From the NCBI GenBank assembly GCA_965248265.1, contig CBDFJF010000001.1:1824001-1888000 (forward strand): 64,000 bases of DNA, read 5' to 3'. The DNA comes from Candidatus Latescibacterota bacterium. GTDB taxonomy: Bacteria > Latescibacterota > UBA2968 > UBA8231. The position numbers and the translations under genes are program-made. Shown here piece by piece: positions 1-9,542 of the stretch; the first letter of the stretch is position 1; every line of letters begins with the position of its first letter. The notes beneath the pieces are model-generated. The model saw only the letters and a program-made list of their open reading frames with translations, made no database searches and was not told the origin of the DNA.

Positions 1-781
1 GATCCCGGGCAACCCGTTCGGTATGCTGCTGCAGATTGCGGCGCAATGGCTCGCGCACTTCTTCGAACGCGACCGTATCTGATGCCACAACCTTGACGAT
101 TTCGAATCCTCTATTCGTTGGTATGATATCGGAGATGTCACCCACTTCGATATTCCCGATCCCTGCCGCCAACGCCGGTGGCAGATCCCCAAGACCGAAG
201 TAGCGGGCAAGGTCACCCCCGGCTGCGGCATCGGGCGCACGGGATCGCGACCGCGCTACCTCGGCGAAGTCCGCTCCTTCCGCCAACATCTGGGCCGCCT
301 CGACGGCGCTGACTTCGTCAGACAGCTCAATGTGGGCGAGCCGGACCCGGCGGTTCCAACCGTTCAGGTAGGCCTGCTCTTCCTGGGCCGCAGTGACCCG
401 GACCGAGTCGCCCATCACCGATTCAAGGAGGTGCCTGTTCAGCCACTCTACCGCATGCCGGTGAAGTCGGCGTTGAACTTCAGCAAGCTCGAAATACCCC
501 AGCTTCTGGGCCTCGATCACCATGATCTGTCGGTCAACCAATCCCCCCAGCACATCGCGCATCTGGGCCTCCCCGGTATACACCGATTGCAGGTGCTCGG
601 GCAGTCTGGCCTCGTAGGCTCTCAGATCGGCTTCACTGACAGCGAAGTCGCCGACTTCGACCAGGACCGTGGGAGCATCTGAACCCTGCGTGCACGCCAG
701 CATCCCCAAGAACAGGACCACGGCCCGGGGTATGGCCAGCCTTGCCGTCGGCGACAGGGGTCGAGTTGACAGCGGCGGCAC
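1..781 (-). CDS. Parvulin-type peptidyl-prolyl cis-trans isomerase lipoprotein (PrsA/SurA-like), 3' end runs off the window
   Basis: Not in the ORF track because it has no stop in the window. Manual translation from GTG at 781 gives a signal with lipobox (VVLFLGMLAC) and then RVRLAHIEL...GADFAEVARSRS...GGDLARYF...VGDISDIIPTNRGFEIVKV, which is a rotamase motif set. Confidence 0.85.
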   Translation of the reverse strand, partial: MPPLSTRPLSPTARLAIPRAVVLFLGMLACTQGSDAPTVLVEVGDFAVSEADLRAYEARLPEHLQSVYTGEAQMRDVLGGLVDRQIMVIEAQKLGYFELAEVQRRLHRHAVEWLNRHLLESVMGDSVRVTAAQEEQAYLNGWNRRVRLAHIELSDEVSAVEAAQMLAEGADFAEVARSRSRAPDAAAGGDLARYFGLGDLPPALAAGIGNIEVGDISDIIPTNRGFEIVKVVASDTVAFEEVREPLRRNLQQHTERVARD

Positions 782-797
782 CTGTGAATTCTGAATC

Positions 798-3593
798 TCA
801 GTCGTCAAAGCCTGCGTACACGGTGAAGAAGATGAAGGTTTCTGTCTGTGGCGCCGCCAGGACATCGATGTCGACCCGTGCCACGCGCAGGCCGAAATGG
901 GTGTAGACGACGTATCCCAGGTAGGGACTCCGATTGGAGAGTTGGGCGGCGCTGACGAGTTCCCGGCGGGGCGACCCCTCGAGGGTAGCCTTGGCGCTTT
1001 TGCGAAACTGCCTCGTCCACAGGTACTCGAGGCCGAACTGGGCGCTGGTGCGACTGAGCAACGAACAGTGCGCGATGAGAAATGCGGACTCCCTGAGTTC
1101 TGATGTGGGCGGGTTCAGCGGATCCTGAATCGAGGACGGTACCAGACGCTGAAACTCACTCTTCCACCGAGGTTCAACCCGTATGCTCCCAAGCGGGAAC
1201 GAGTAGGCGATCTTGTTGATCACACCGAAAAAACTCGCGGTGCGCCGAATCGGGAGAACGCTGGGGATTCCGGGGCTATCGTCCACCTGACGGAAAAACT
1301 CGTACTTGACCTTGGACTGCAGGTTCATCCCAGACACCTGTGTGAGGTCGTGGCGCAGGTAAAAGGTGTTGGCCCATGCATCGCGCGCCGGTAAGGGGTC
1401 GGCCCGGTCCCTTACCTCTCCAGCTATGCCGTCGGCGATACGCCAGATCAGGATATCGTCCTCGATGTCGTCCCGTGCCCGGCGCAGGTTGTCGAACACC
1501 CGCACGCGGCCCATCCGGGGAAAATCTCGTTCGTAGGTGAACAACAGGTAGTCGGTTTCATTGCGGCGTTCATCCGCCAGCTGTCTCTCATCCAGCCTCC
1601 CCACGGTCAGCCGGGCGAAGGGTCCCAGATGAGCGCCACCGTAGATGTTGTACCCCCGGCGATCGCGCTTGTAGGGATAGTCGGGCTCATCGTCGTTCTC
1701 GAAGCGATCGATGTAGCCGTTGTTGTTCATGTCGACGCCGAACAAAAACTGAGGTCGGTCTACGTGGTATCTCAGGAACGGCTCCTCCCAGTCGGGATTG
1801 AGATTGGGCCTGACGATGTCTACGTGATTCTGATTGAAGTCGGCGACGAAGTCGTTGTTCTCGTCCCAACCCGGGAAGACGAAGTCATCTCCCGCCCCCT
1901 GCCCGCGTCGTTGCCAGTCTGGATGGCGATCCTGATCGTCGTTGTCTTCCACCAGTTCGTAGACCGATTGGGTCGGTTGATCGTATCGCACCGGGCCGGT
2001 ATCGCCCGCCTCTGAAGCGACGAAGGAACTGGTGCTGTAGTCGGGATCGATGCGATAGATCTCGGCGAAGGTGAAATACGGGTACAGTTGGCGCGACGCA
2101 TTGATCAACCACGCGTTAGCCGCCTCGACGTGGTGGTGATGTCTTGTCGGATCGGGCTGCGCGAATTGCGGGTAGCGCATGTGCCGCCGGTTTCTGGCGA
2201 ATTCGGCCTGTACGTCGAATCCCCCCAGGTCGCGCAGTTCGGCTGTCATGCCGACGATCTCGTTGGCCGTGGGCAAGCCATACTCCACGGACACGAAACG
2301 CTGATTGGATCCGTCCTTGACGTTGCCGGGGGCCCTCACCGTTCGCTCCGCCAACCCCTGCGAGAGAAAAACCGGCTGGTTGAGTTCGTTTACCTGAACA
2401 TTCGAGGTCAGATCGACGCGGTAGTCGTTGGCCAGTAGCAAACGAAACTCAACTTGCGTGATCTGTGCAGGGACGGGGCCTGCGGCGGCGCGGTAGAGCT
2501 CTCCGGTGAAGTCGTAGCGCAGTGAGATCGTCCGAAATCCGTCGGCGACTCGGATGCCCCCGCGATCGACACCGCCCTCAACGGTCGGATGATAGTTGAG
2601 GATTGCTTCTCCAGCCGGGCCAGTACGCTGATTGCTGACGCGGCGCCCGTCTGTGGTGGAGATGATGATTTCTTCCAGGAAGTAGGCCGCCCCTCCCTCC
2701 TGGTCCTCGGGCGAGTCGTCGCTCAACTGGATCACGATCTCGCGGACCTCGCCGTTTTGCTGTTCCGTCAGCGAGCCCTTGAGAGGATTGCCCTCAAAGG
2801 CCCCACCCCGCGTCGTGGCGTTGAAGGCATTGACATAAGTAACTCCGACGCGAGCGAAGTCGCCTACTTGAGCCTGGAATCGGCCTCCGAGAAGATTCGT
2901 GACGTTGGAGCGGTCGTTGGCCTCGGTGTCGTCGCTGCGAAAACCGCTCGGCCTGGAGGCGATGATGGTGGTTTCGTACTTGTCGCTGGCCAGATCGAAT
3001 TGAATCCCGTCGAATGCCGGTTTTGAGAAGGTCAGCGGCGTCAAGGTCGTCCGGATCTCATCTCCCACGGTGACACTGGCGTGGTATTGCCCCCTCGCAT
3101 CCGAAGCGACGATCAGGTTCGAGAAGAAGTCGCTGTACTGGGAAGTCTTGAGGAGGCGACTGCCTGCCGCCTCGGGTTCGGACACGGTCCAGTCGAACAC
3201 CAGCCAGCCTCTGGTAACGTAGCCTCCGTAGATATCGTAAAAGTGGTCCCCCTCAAGACTGGTGCGAACGTAGCGTTGGTACGGAGTGCGGGCGTAATTG
3301 CTGGTCTCCCACTGTCTCCAGCGATACGCATTGAACAACTCCTGCGGCACGTACCACTTCCGCACCGCGGGATCGAGGGCGTCATACAGGACTCCGGGGC
3401 CCTGTGGTTCGAAGCCCACTTCACCCCCAACCCGTGGCGTGCCCAGGCGATTACCGGGATCCTCTGCTGCAACACGACAAACCAACCACAGACACACGAT
3501 CACCGCGAGTGCGAGCCAACCACGTCGCCTACGCGCGGCGGGTGTTCTCCCGTCCCTGTGATGAGATGAAGCGGTATCAGAGCACATGGACAC
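798..3593 (-). CDS. Large exported protein, probably an outer-membrane beta-barrel with Asp/Asn-rich (Ca-binding-like) loops
   Basis: 931-aa ORF with a basic plus hydrophobic N-terminal signal. Alternating amphipathic strands occur in the C-terminal third, which ends FFTVYAGFDD. Loops include EDNDDQDRHPD, WDENNDFVADFNQN and DMNNNGYID. Confidence 0.6.
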   Translation of the reverse strand: MSMCSDTASSHHRDGRTPAARRRRGWLALAVIVCLWLVCRVAAEDPGNRLGTPRVGGEVGFEPQGPGVLYDALDPAVRKWYVPQELFNAYRWRQWETSNYARTPYQRYVRTSLEGDHFYDIYGGYVTRGWLVFDWTVSEPEAAGSRLLKTSQYSDFFSNLIVASDARGQYHASVTVGDEIRTTLTPLTFSKPAFDGIQFDLASDKYETTIIASRPSGFRSDDTEANDRSNVTNLLGGRFQAQVGDFARVGVTYVNAFNATTRGGAFEGNPLKGSLTEQQNGEVREIVIQLSDDSPEDQEGGAAYFLEEIIISTTDGRRVSNQRTGPAGEAILNYHPTVEGGVDRGGIRVADGFRTISLRYDFTGELYRAAAGPVPAQITQVEFRLLLANDYRVDLTSNVQVNELNQPVFLSQGLAERTVRAPGNVKDGSNQRFVSVEYGLPTANEIVGMTAELRDLGGFDVQAEFARNRRHMRYPQFAQPDPTRHHHHVEAANAWLINASRQLYPYFTFAEIYRIDPDYSTSSFVASEAGDTGPVRYDQPTQSVYELVEDNDDQDRHPDWQRRGQGAGDDFVFPGWDENNDFVADFNQNHVDIVRPNLNPDWEEPFLRYHVDRPQFLFGVDMNNNGYIDRFENDDEPDYPYKRDRRGYNIYGGAHLGPFARLTVGRLDERQLADERRNETDYLLFTYERDFPRMGRVRVFDNLRRARDDIEDDILIWRIADGIAGEVRDRADPLPARDAWANTFYLRHDLTQVSGMNLQSKVKYEFFRQVDDSPGIPSVLPIRRTASFFGVINKIAYSFPLGSIRVEPRWKSEFQRLVPSSIQDPLNPPTSELRESAFLIAHCSLLSRTSAQFGLEYLWTRQFRKSAKATLEGSPRRELVSAAQLSNRSPYLGYVVYTHFGLRVARVDIDVLAAPQTETFIFFTVYAGFDD

Positions 3594-3601
3594 CTGGCAG
3601 A

Positions 3602-6600
3602 CTAGTAGACGACCGTTACGGTGCGGACGATCTGCACCTCATCGGCGTCCGTTCCCAGGCGCAGATTGAACAGGTACAGTCCCGGTGCGACCAACCGCCC
3701 ATCCTGCCGACGGCCATCCCATACATACCGCAATGCTCCGGTGGTGATCGGTCCGCCTCCCGCCTCGGTGCGAGCCCGAGCCACGAACCGTCCACTGAGA
3801 TCGTGAAAGGTGATGTGAGCTGGCCGCGGTTCCAACAGGTGGACGACCGTGAATTCGATAGCCAGCTCGTCGTTGACGTTGTCTCCGTTGGGCGAAAACA
3901 CGGAGGGCAGCTGTAACTCCTCTATGACGCCCAACTGCTCGAAGACTGTCGCCCGCGCCGTCTGGCTGTCCACCAGCTCAGTGGCATCGAGGCTCTGTAG
4001 AGGTACTCGCTGAAGAGAACGCTTGCTCTGCCGGCTGTTGCGCACAAAGGCCTGTACCGTAGAGGTCGGATCCAGGAACTTCGCCTTGAAACGAATCTCC
4101 ACCAGCGCGTGAAGGTCGGCGGCGGCCTTCGAGCCCAATACCTGGGGCAGGCTGATGACGGTTGTGTCTCCGCGTACCTGGAGGCTGAGATTTCTTCCCC
4201 GCGCATCCGTGAAATGGGGCGATTGGCTCTGGTTGGACGCAGGATCGAAGGAGGTGTCAAAGCGACTGCTTCCCAGCGGTTGGGGCGGTGCAGGCTCGTC
4301 TTGTCGCGTTGGCGCGACGGTCCCGGATCGGACCTGCACCAGCTCCGGTCGCCGCGGAACCACCAGCCAGACCTCGTCGAAACCAGCTGTTGCAGAATTG
4401 CCAGAGACCTGCCCGGCACGCAGAAAATAGGCGAACACCTGCTCTGACAGGGCGGGAATGTCGCGCGGGGATCGATAATCCTCGGTTTCGGCGCCCAGGT
4501 CACCAGGTGGCCTCGAAGTTCCTGATGGAGTCACCAATGCCAGCTCTCCGGCCAGTTCATCGGTGAGCGGGGTTGCCACCTCGACCTGGATGGAGCGCAG
4601 CCGGGCGCTGACCTGCGGATCCTCCGACTCGATCTGTGCCCGAATCTGGAGAAACCGCTGTGGCCCCCTGGAGTCGATGGTTGCCCGATTGAGATCAGAG
4701 ACCGAGCGGTATGGCTGGCTCCAGGCGCTCCACTGTGACAGCACCTGGCTGACGCTGAACTCCGCTTCGACGCGCGGATCGGACTTGCGCCGGCCGTCCT
4801 CGTCGATGAGTTGATCACCATCTTCGTCAACCCCATCGATACCGTCCTCGTCAATCAGTCCGTCGCCGTCGTCGTCACGGTCGCTGGCGTGGCGCATGAG
4901 GGTGATGGAACCACTCGCCCCCTGTGGCCCGCCACGATCATCAGTAAGGCCATCCTCGTCAATCAGTCGATCTCCGTCATCGTCGATTCCGTTTGGACCA
5001 TCCTCATCGACCAGGCCGTCGCCGTCGTCGTCACGCCCACTGCGGTGCTGCTGCAGGTTGATGGTGTGGGTCTCCGGCATCTGCAGCCAGACAGCGTAAT
5101 CGGCCTGCAGGGACCGTATGTCCTCGTACGCCGCTGAATCAATCACCGTCCTGCGCTCGCTGGAGGTGCCGGCAGCGATGATCTGATGGTAAGTGATTAC
5201 GGAATCGACTCGTGCACTGGTCCGCGTCTGCAGCCATAGCGCCACCTCAGGATGGCGGGAAATCGGTTCAGCCAGTTCGGCTGTGGCCGCGGCGTCAGCA
5301 TCCAGCGATCGCACGACAGCCTCGGCTTCCCAGACGATGTCTCCGAGTATGCGACTGGCATGCGACCCGTCGGGGTCCGCGGGGGCCATTGGGATTTCGG
5401 GAGAATAGAGCCCGATTTTGGCAGGAAAACCACTCCCGTACATCTGTATTTCATTGAAATTCGCGAAGGCATTGGAAAACCCGGACGTGCCGCCCGTCGG
5501 GTCCACATTCCGCAGTTGAAAAAAGCGCAACCGCCGCGGCGCGAAGCGTTCCCGCATCAGGCGAGCGGTGGCCGTGGTATTGTCCTTGTTGAGATCGCTG
5601 GCCAGATCTGCCCATCGTAATCCGCGTTCAAACTCGGGGTAATCCTCCAGATCCTGCAGCACCAGTGGCCGTACCGCGGTCCCGTCGGAGCCCAGCAGAT
5701 GCAATCCTTGAAGCGTGCCGACTACGTCGTTTTCTGTCGTTGGCAGGAACCCCAGAAAAATGGTGTCTATCCAGAACACGGCACCCAGATCCAGCCACAT
5801 CGTGCAACAGGCCGTGGTTGGACCACCAACCTGTTCGGAAAGCTGTGAATCCCAGGATGTGGCCAGCCAGCGGGTCAAGTAGACGCCGTCGGTCGCGGCA
5901 GCTGGCGAACCCCTCCCTCCTTCCTCGAACGCACCACCGGCACGCATGTGTGGTCTGTAGGCGACGTTGTCCCCAGGCCCCCACACTTCGATCTCAGAGA
6001 ATCGCGGTCGTTCGCGTTCGAAGTAGACGATATCTCCCTGCTCTGCCGGCGGGAGCTCGTCGTAGATCGCTGCCGCTGTCTTGATAGTACCACCGTCGGC
6101 GTCGACGGCTCGAAGCTCCGTGATCGTGCCGCCGGCAGTCACCCGTTGAAAAAGACGGCGGCCCCGGCGTGCAGACGGGAGCGCCTGGTATGCCTGCAGC
6201 CCGTCAGCCCCCTCGCCGAGCCGTGCTTTTTGATCGAAGTCACTGGAAACAATCGTGATCCGGATGAAGTGGATGAAACTGCCCTCGAGATCGGCTCGGC
6301 CATCCAGGTCCCCGTCGGCGCGATCCAGGGGATGAACTGCGAATACGTAGCGCCCGCCCCCGCCCTGACCGCGGCCACTGCCGATGGCATCGTAGCGATA
6401 GCCGCGCCCTGATGCTGTGCCGATCTGCTTGCCCATCGACGCTTCGACGGCAAACAGTTTGGGGGCATCCGATGGTGGAGTGCGTATGACGATGCTGTCC
6501 ACCCAAACCGCGCGGCCGAGGTCGATGTTGATTTGCCACCTGCTCAGATCGCCTCGATCTAAATCAGTTGAAGGCGGTTCCCAGCAGGAATCGACGTCAC

Positions 6601-6943
6601 CGTCGACGAGAAGGCCGGCCAGGTGGGCATTGGCCAGCGCCGTGATGTTGCCCCGGACACTATTGCCGCCCTGACGGACACCGTCAGCGTATTCGAACTG
6701 GCCCATGTCCGTCGTATAATTGCGCTTTCGCGCCTGGAAACGAGGGGCGATGCCGCCTGAATCGAGGTGAAATAGGCGAGTGGAATCGATAGCGGCCGCT
6801 CGCTGCTCGACGATGTCGTTTTGATAAATCCAATTGCGCCAGTGCTCGACGCCACGCACCACGATCCCGTCAGCCGTGTGCTGGTATGCCTCACCGTAAG
6901 CGCCGGCGCTCAAAGCAGTCACGACGAGCAGGAGGATGGCCAT
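3602..6943 (-). CDS. Large secreted protein with discoidin/F5-8-like domains, Asp-rich repeats and a C-terminal CHU_C/FlgD-Ig (T9SS-CTD-like) domain
   Basis: 1113 aa with a signal peptide. Motifs INIDLGRAVWVDSI and MWLDLGAVFWID are present. The C-terminus reads PSVFSPNGDNVND...DLSGRFVA...WDGRRQDGRLVAPGLYLF. The ATG overlaps the upstream stop (TGATG at 6941-6945). Confidence 0.75.
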   Translation of the reverse strand: MAILLLVVTALSAGAYGEAYQHTADGIVVRGVEHWRNWIYQNDIVEQRAAAIDSTRLFHLDSGGIAPRFQARKRNYTTDMGQFEYADGVRQGGNSVRGNITALANAHLAGLLVDGDVDSCWEPPSTDLDRGDLSRWQINIDLGRAVWVDSIVIRTPPSDAPKLFAVEASMGKQIGTASGRGYRYDAIGSGRGQGGGGRYVFAVHPLDRADGDLDGRADLEGSFIHFIRITIVSSDFDQKARLGEGADGLQAYQALPSARRGRRLFQRVTAGGTITELRAVDADGGTIKTAAAIYDELPPAEQGDIVYFERERPRFSEIEVWGPGDNVAYRPHMRAGGAFEEGGRGSPAAATDGVYLTRWLATSWDSQLSEQVGGPTTACCTMWLDLGAVFWIDTIFLGFLPTTENDVVGTLQGLHLLGSDGTAVRPLVLQDLEDYPEFERGLRWADLASDLNKDNTTATARLMRERFAPRRLRFFQLRNVDPTGGTSGFSNAFANFNEIQMYGSGFPAKIGLYSPEIPMAPADPDGSHASRILGDIVWEAEAVVRSLDADAAATAELAEPISRHPEVALWLQTRTSARVDSVITYHQIIAAGTSSERRTVIDSAAYEDIRSLQADYAVWLQMPETHTINLQQHRSGRDDDGDGLVDEDGPNGIDDDGDRLIDEDGLTDDRGGPQGASGSITLMRHASDRDDDGDGLIDEDGIDGVDEDGDQLIDEDGRRKSDPRVEAEFSVSQVLSQWSAWSQPYRSVSDLNRATIDSRGPQRFLQIRAQIESEDPQVSARLRSIQVEVATPLTDELAGELALVTPSGTSRPPGDLGAETEDYRSPRDIPALSEQVFAYFLRAGQVSGNSATAGFDEVWLVVPRRPELVQVRSGTVAPTRQDEPAPPQPLGSSRFDTSFDPASNQSQSPHFTDARGRNLSLQVRGDTTVISLPQVLGSKAAADLHALVEIRFKAKFLDPTSTVQAFVRNSRQSKRSLQRVPLQSLDATELVDSQTARATVFEQLGVIEELQLPSVFSPNGDNVNDELAIEFTVVHLLEPRPAHITFHDLSGRFVARARTEAGGGPITTGALRYVWDGRRQDGRLVAPGLYLFNLRLGTDADEVQIVRTVTVVY
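4793..5036 (-). repeat. Four intragenic DD(D/E)GDxL(I/V)DED-type peptide repeats arranged as two pairs
   Basis: The translation contains DDDGDGLVDED, DDDGDRLIDED, DDDGDGLIDED and DEDGDQLIDED. Boundaries are approximate. Confidence 0.85.
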
Positions 6944-9519
6944 CAGTAAGCCAACGCCACGTGCCGTGCGATCCTGAAGTCAGCCGCGTCCGTCCGCACT
7001 CGCAGCTGCAGCAGATAGATTCCAGGAGGCACGAGGTCTCCCTGGTCATCCTTGCCATCCCATCCATCGGCGACTTCACCCGGAGGGACCCGCCGCTGCC
7101 ACCCGCGCAGGCGGCGGCCGGACAGATCGAAGATTCCGGCCTCGACGTCCACTTCCCGCAAAACGCGAAGCAGGTCGTAGCCGATGTGAACGCGGTCATT
7201 GATGCCGTCACCATTGGGTGTGAAAGGATTCGGTTGCAGGGTCACCCGCGCCACGAGGTCCCCCACAGGGGCATGGGCGGCCGTGATCGCACTCAGACTG
7301 TTGCGGTCGCGCCGGTCGGCGCCGAAATCGATCGCATTACCGGCACGCACCCGCTGCGGCAGGATCCTTGTCTCGCTACCAACGACAACGATATCTCCAT
7401 AGGACCTCTCCAGACTCGGGTCCAGCGTATCGAGAAAGGCCTGACTCTCGAAGAACGTGGTGGTGCCCAGCACGCGGGTGCGAAAATGGATGAGTAGCCG
7501 TGTATCCTCGGTTGATGCCCGGGTGATCGCCGGCAACTCGGGTATGGCTACGACAAAGAAACCAGGCTCTACAGTCGCCGTGTCGAAGCTCAGCGGTCGC
7601 GTGGACACACCTTCTTCATCCAGCTCCAGAACCAGCTCTACTCCGCGCACCTGGCTGAACGCAGGGGTACCAACACGAATTCTGTTCACTCCTGCATCCT
7701 CAACCTCAGCATGCAGCTGCAGGGCGTAGGTGAACAGCGTATCCACCGCAGGATTGATGCCGGCAGCTGGCACTACCTCTGCCTGGAGCCGGGAGACAAC
7801 CGGGGGCACCACAAGCTCGAAGTGGAGGTTTTCCACGATTGTGGCAGCATCGGGATCGCTGCTGGTGAAATCGACTCGCAGCTGAAAGAATGGGCGCCCT
7901 CCCCGTGCGCTGATTACCTGGCCGTTAGTGAGAGGCTGGAACGGACTCCACCAAACAGGGTCTCGTACCCGCGGCAAAGCCGATCCATTGCGCTCGCGTC
8001 GGGCAGCCGGCAATTGCATGTACTCGGCGAAGGTAGTCTGGGCTCCGGCGCGCACTTCGGCTGGCAAGACCTCCCAGACGGCGCGCGATCCCGTCCGCAA
8101 CAGTGGATCATCGAGCCAAACGGACGTGCCTTCGGTAGGACTGCCGTCGCGGTGATCGATCACCTGGGTATCGGCCCGCCACTCGACAGCATCCCCGTTG
8201 CCGTTCACCCGGAACAGCAGCAATGGTTCCGGTGTCGTTCCGGTGCGCATACTTATGGAAGCACTCGAGTGAGCCGGGTCCCCGATCGTGCGCTCGTCCC
8301 AAAACACGCGCCCTAGTGTGGCCCCCGGCAAGGCGTCGAGTTGGGCGCGGCGCGCGCGATTGCCCGCCTGATATTCGAGCATGGCTGACGCGGCCTCGCT
8401 CTGAAAGGGCAGCGCCCGCGTGACATAGGTGGCCTGAGGAACAAAGCCGCGTCCGAAAACCTCGAGCTCAGCGACGTCGAAATCGAGCGCAGTCAGTGAC
8501 TTGAACTGCAGAAAGCGCAGGTATTGCGGGGGGTCGAGCGCGATGGCTACGGTGTCGGCATCGTTGCCACGCTCGATCCTTAGCATGTCGTACAACGGAA
8601 CCCCTTTTTGCGCCAGGGCTTCGTCACCCAACAGTTCGTAGGCGGCATTGTTGACTGGCGACAGCGTTCCCGTGAGTGTGGGCTTGAGGTTGATTCCATC
8701 ATTGATCTCAATGCTGTACCCACTGATCGCAAGAGGGAGGTCTCGCGGACGCGGGTAAAAGCGCACCAAGCCCACCGGAAAACGCGACACCAGGTCCATG
8801 CGAATGACAACACTGCGTTTTTCTACGACTCGATTGGGGGCGTCTTCACGAACAAACGCCGTGCTCGCGTCGACGTCGATGAGATGCTCCAGGTTGCTGC
8901 GCAGTTGCTGATCGTTGAGCTGCGTTTCGTACTGTGTCGGCGACCACAGCAGAGACTCAAAGCGGAACTGCGGATTGCGTGGCCACAAAACGGCGTGCGC
9001 CAGATTGACCATCGTCCGCACACTGTCGACGCCGGCGCCAGTGAACAACCGGATGCCTGCCAGTGACCGCGGCAGATCCGCTCCCGCCTCCAGCAACACC
9101 TGTCCTGCGTGTGCCAGGGTGTCGCCATCCACGATGAAATCCCGTTGCGCGATCACATGGTCTCGAGCAATGTGTCCGGTAAAGCGGCTCAGGCGATCGA
9201 GCTCTTGGGGGCTGAGCTCATCGATCGCCGCAGCTGTGGACAGGATGGGGACTTCTATGACTACCGTCGTGTCCAGCGGTGCGATGCCGCTGGCGGAAAG
9301 CGCGTAATCAATCTCAGGGAAGTAATTGCCTGGTGAGAAAGGAGGTTGCTGAGCCTCCTCCCAACCGATGTCGCCCGGAATCGAGAACTGGATCACCGAG
9401 GATTGCGCCATCACTGCCGTGACGCTGAGGGCGGCGTACAGGTGCAAGGACAGCGTTCGCCGGACGATCCGGACGATGTCGTGAAGGAGGATCGATGTTC
9501 GATGGTTGCACATCGACAT
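6943..9519 (-). CDS. Large secreted protein, paralog of the downstream gene, with a discoidin-like domain and a C-terminal CHU_C/FlgD-Ig domain
   Basis: 858 aa with a signal ending AVMA-Q. Motifs RMDLVSRFPVGLVRFYPR and AELEVFGRGFVP are present. The C-terminus reads PNPFTPNGDGIND...IFDLSGRRLR...WDGKDDQGDLVPPGIYLL. Confidence 0.75.
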   Translation of the reverse strand: MSMCNHRTSILLHDIVRIVRRTLSLHLYAALSVTAVMAQSSVIQFSIPGDIGWEEAQQPPFSPGNYFPEIDYALSASGIAPLDTTVVIEVPILSTAAAIDELSPQELDRLSRFTGHIARDHVIAQRDFIVDGDTLAHAGQVLLEAGADLPRSLAGIRLFTGAGVDSVRTMVNLAHAVLWPRNPQFRFESLLWSPTQYETQLNDQQLRSNLEHLIDVDASTAFVREDAPNRVVEKRSVVIRMDLVSRFPVGLVRFYPRPRDLPLAISGYSIEINDGINLKPTLTGTLSPVNNAAYELLGDEALAQKGVPLYDMLRIERGNDADTVAIALDPPQYLRFLQFKSLTALDFDVAELEVFGRGFVPQATYVTRALPFQSEAASAMLEYQAGNRARRAQLDALPGATLGRVFWDERTIGDPAHSSASISMRTGTTPEPLLLFRVNGNGDAVEWRADTQVIDHRDGSPTEGTSVWLDDPLLRTGSRAVWEVLPAEVRAGAQTTFAEYMQLPAARRERNGSALPRVRDPVWWSPFQPLTNGQVISARGGRPFFQLRVDFTSSDPDAATIVENLHFELVVPPVVSRLQAEVVPAAGINPAVDTLFTYALQLHAEVEDAGVNRIRVGTPAFSQVRGVELVLELDEEGVSTRPLSFDTATVEPGFFVVAIPELPAITRASTEDTRLLIHFRTRVLGTTTFFESQAFLDTLDPSLERSYGDIVVVGSETRILPQRVRAGNAIDFGADRRDRNSLSAITAAHAPVGDLVARVTLQPNPFTPNGDGINDRVHIGYDLLRVLREVDVEAGIFDLSGRRLRGWQRRVPPGEVADGWDGKDDQGDLVPPGIYLLQLRVRTDAADFRIARHVALAY

Positions 9520-9542
9520 CGACGGCCGTCGTCGAACCCTGC

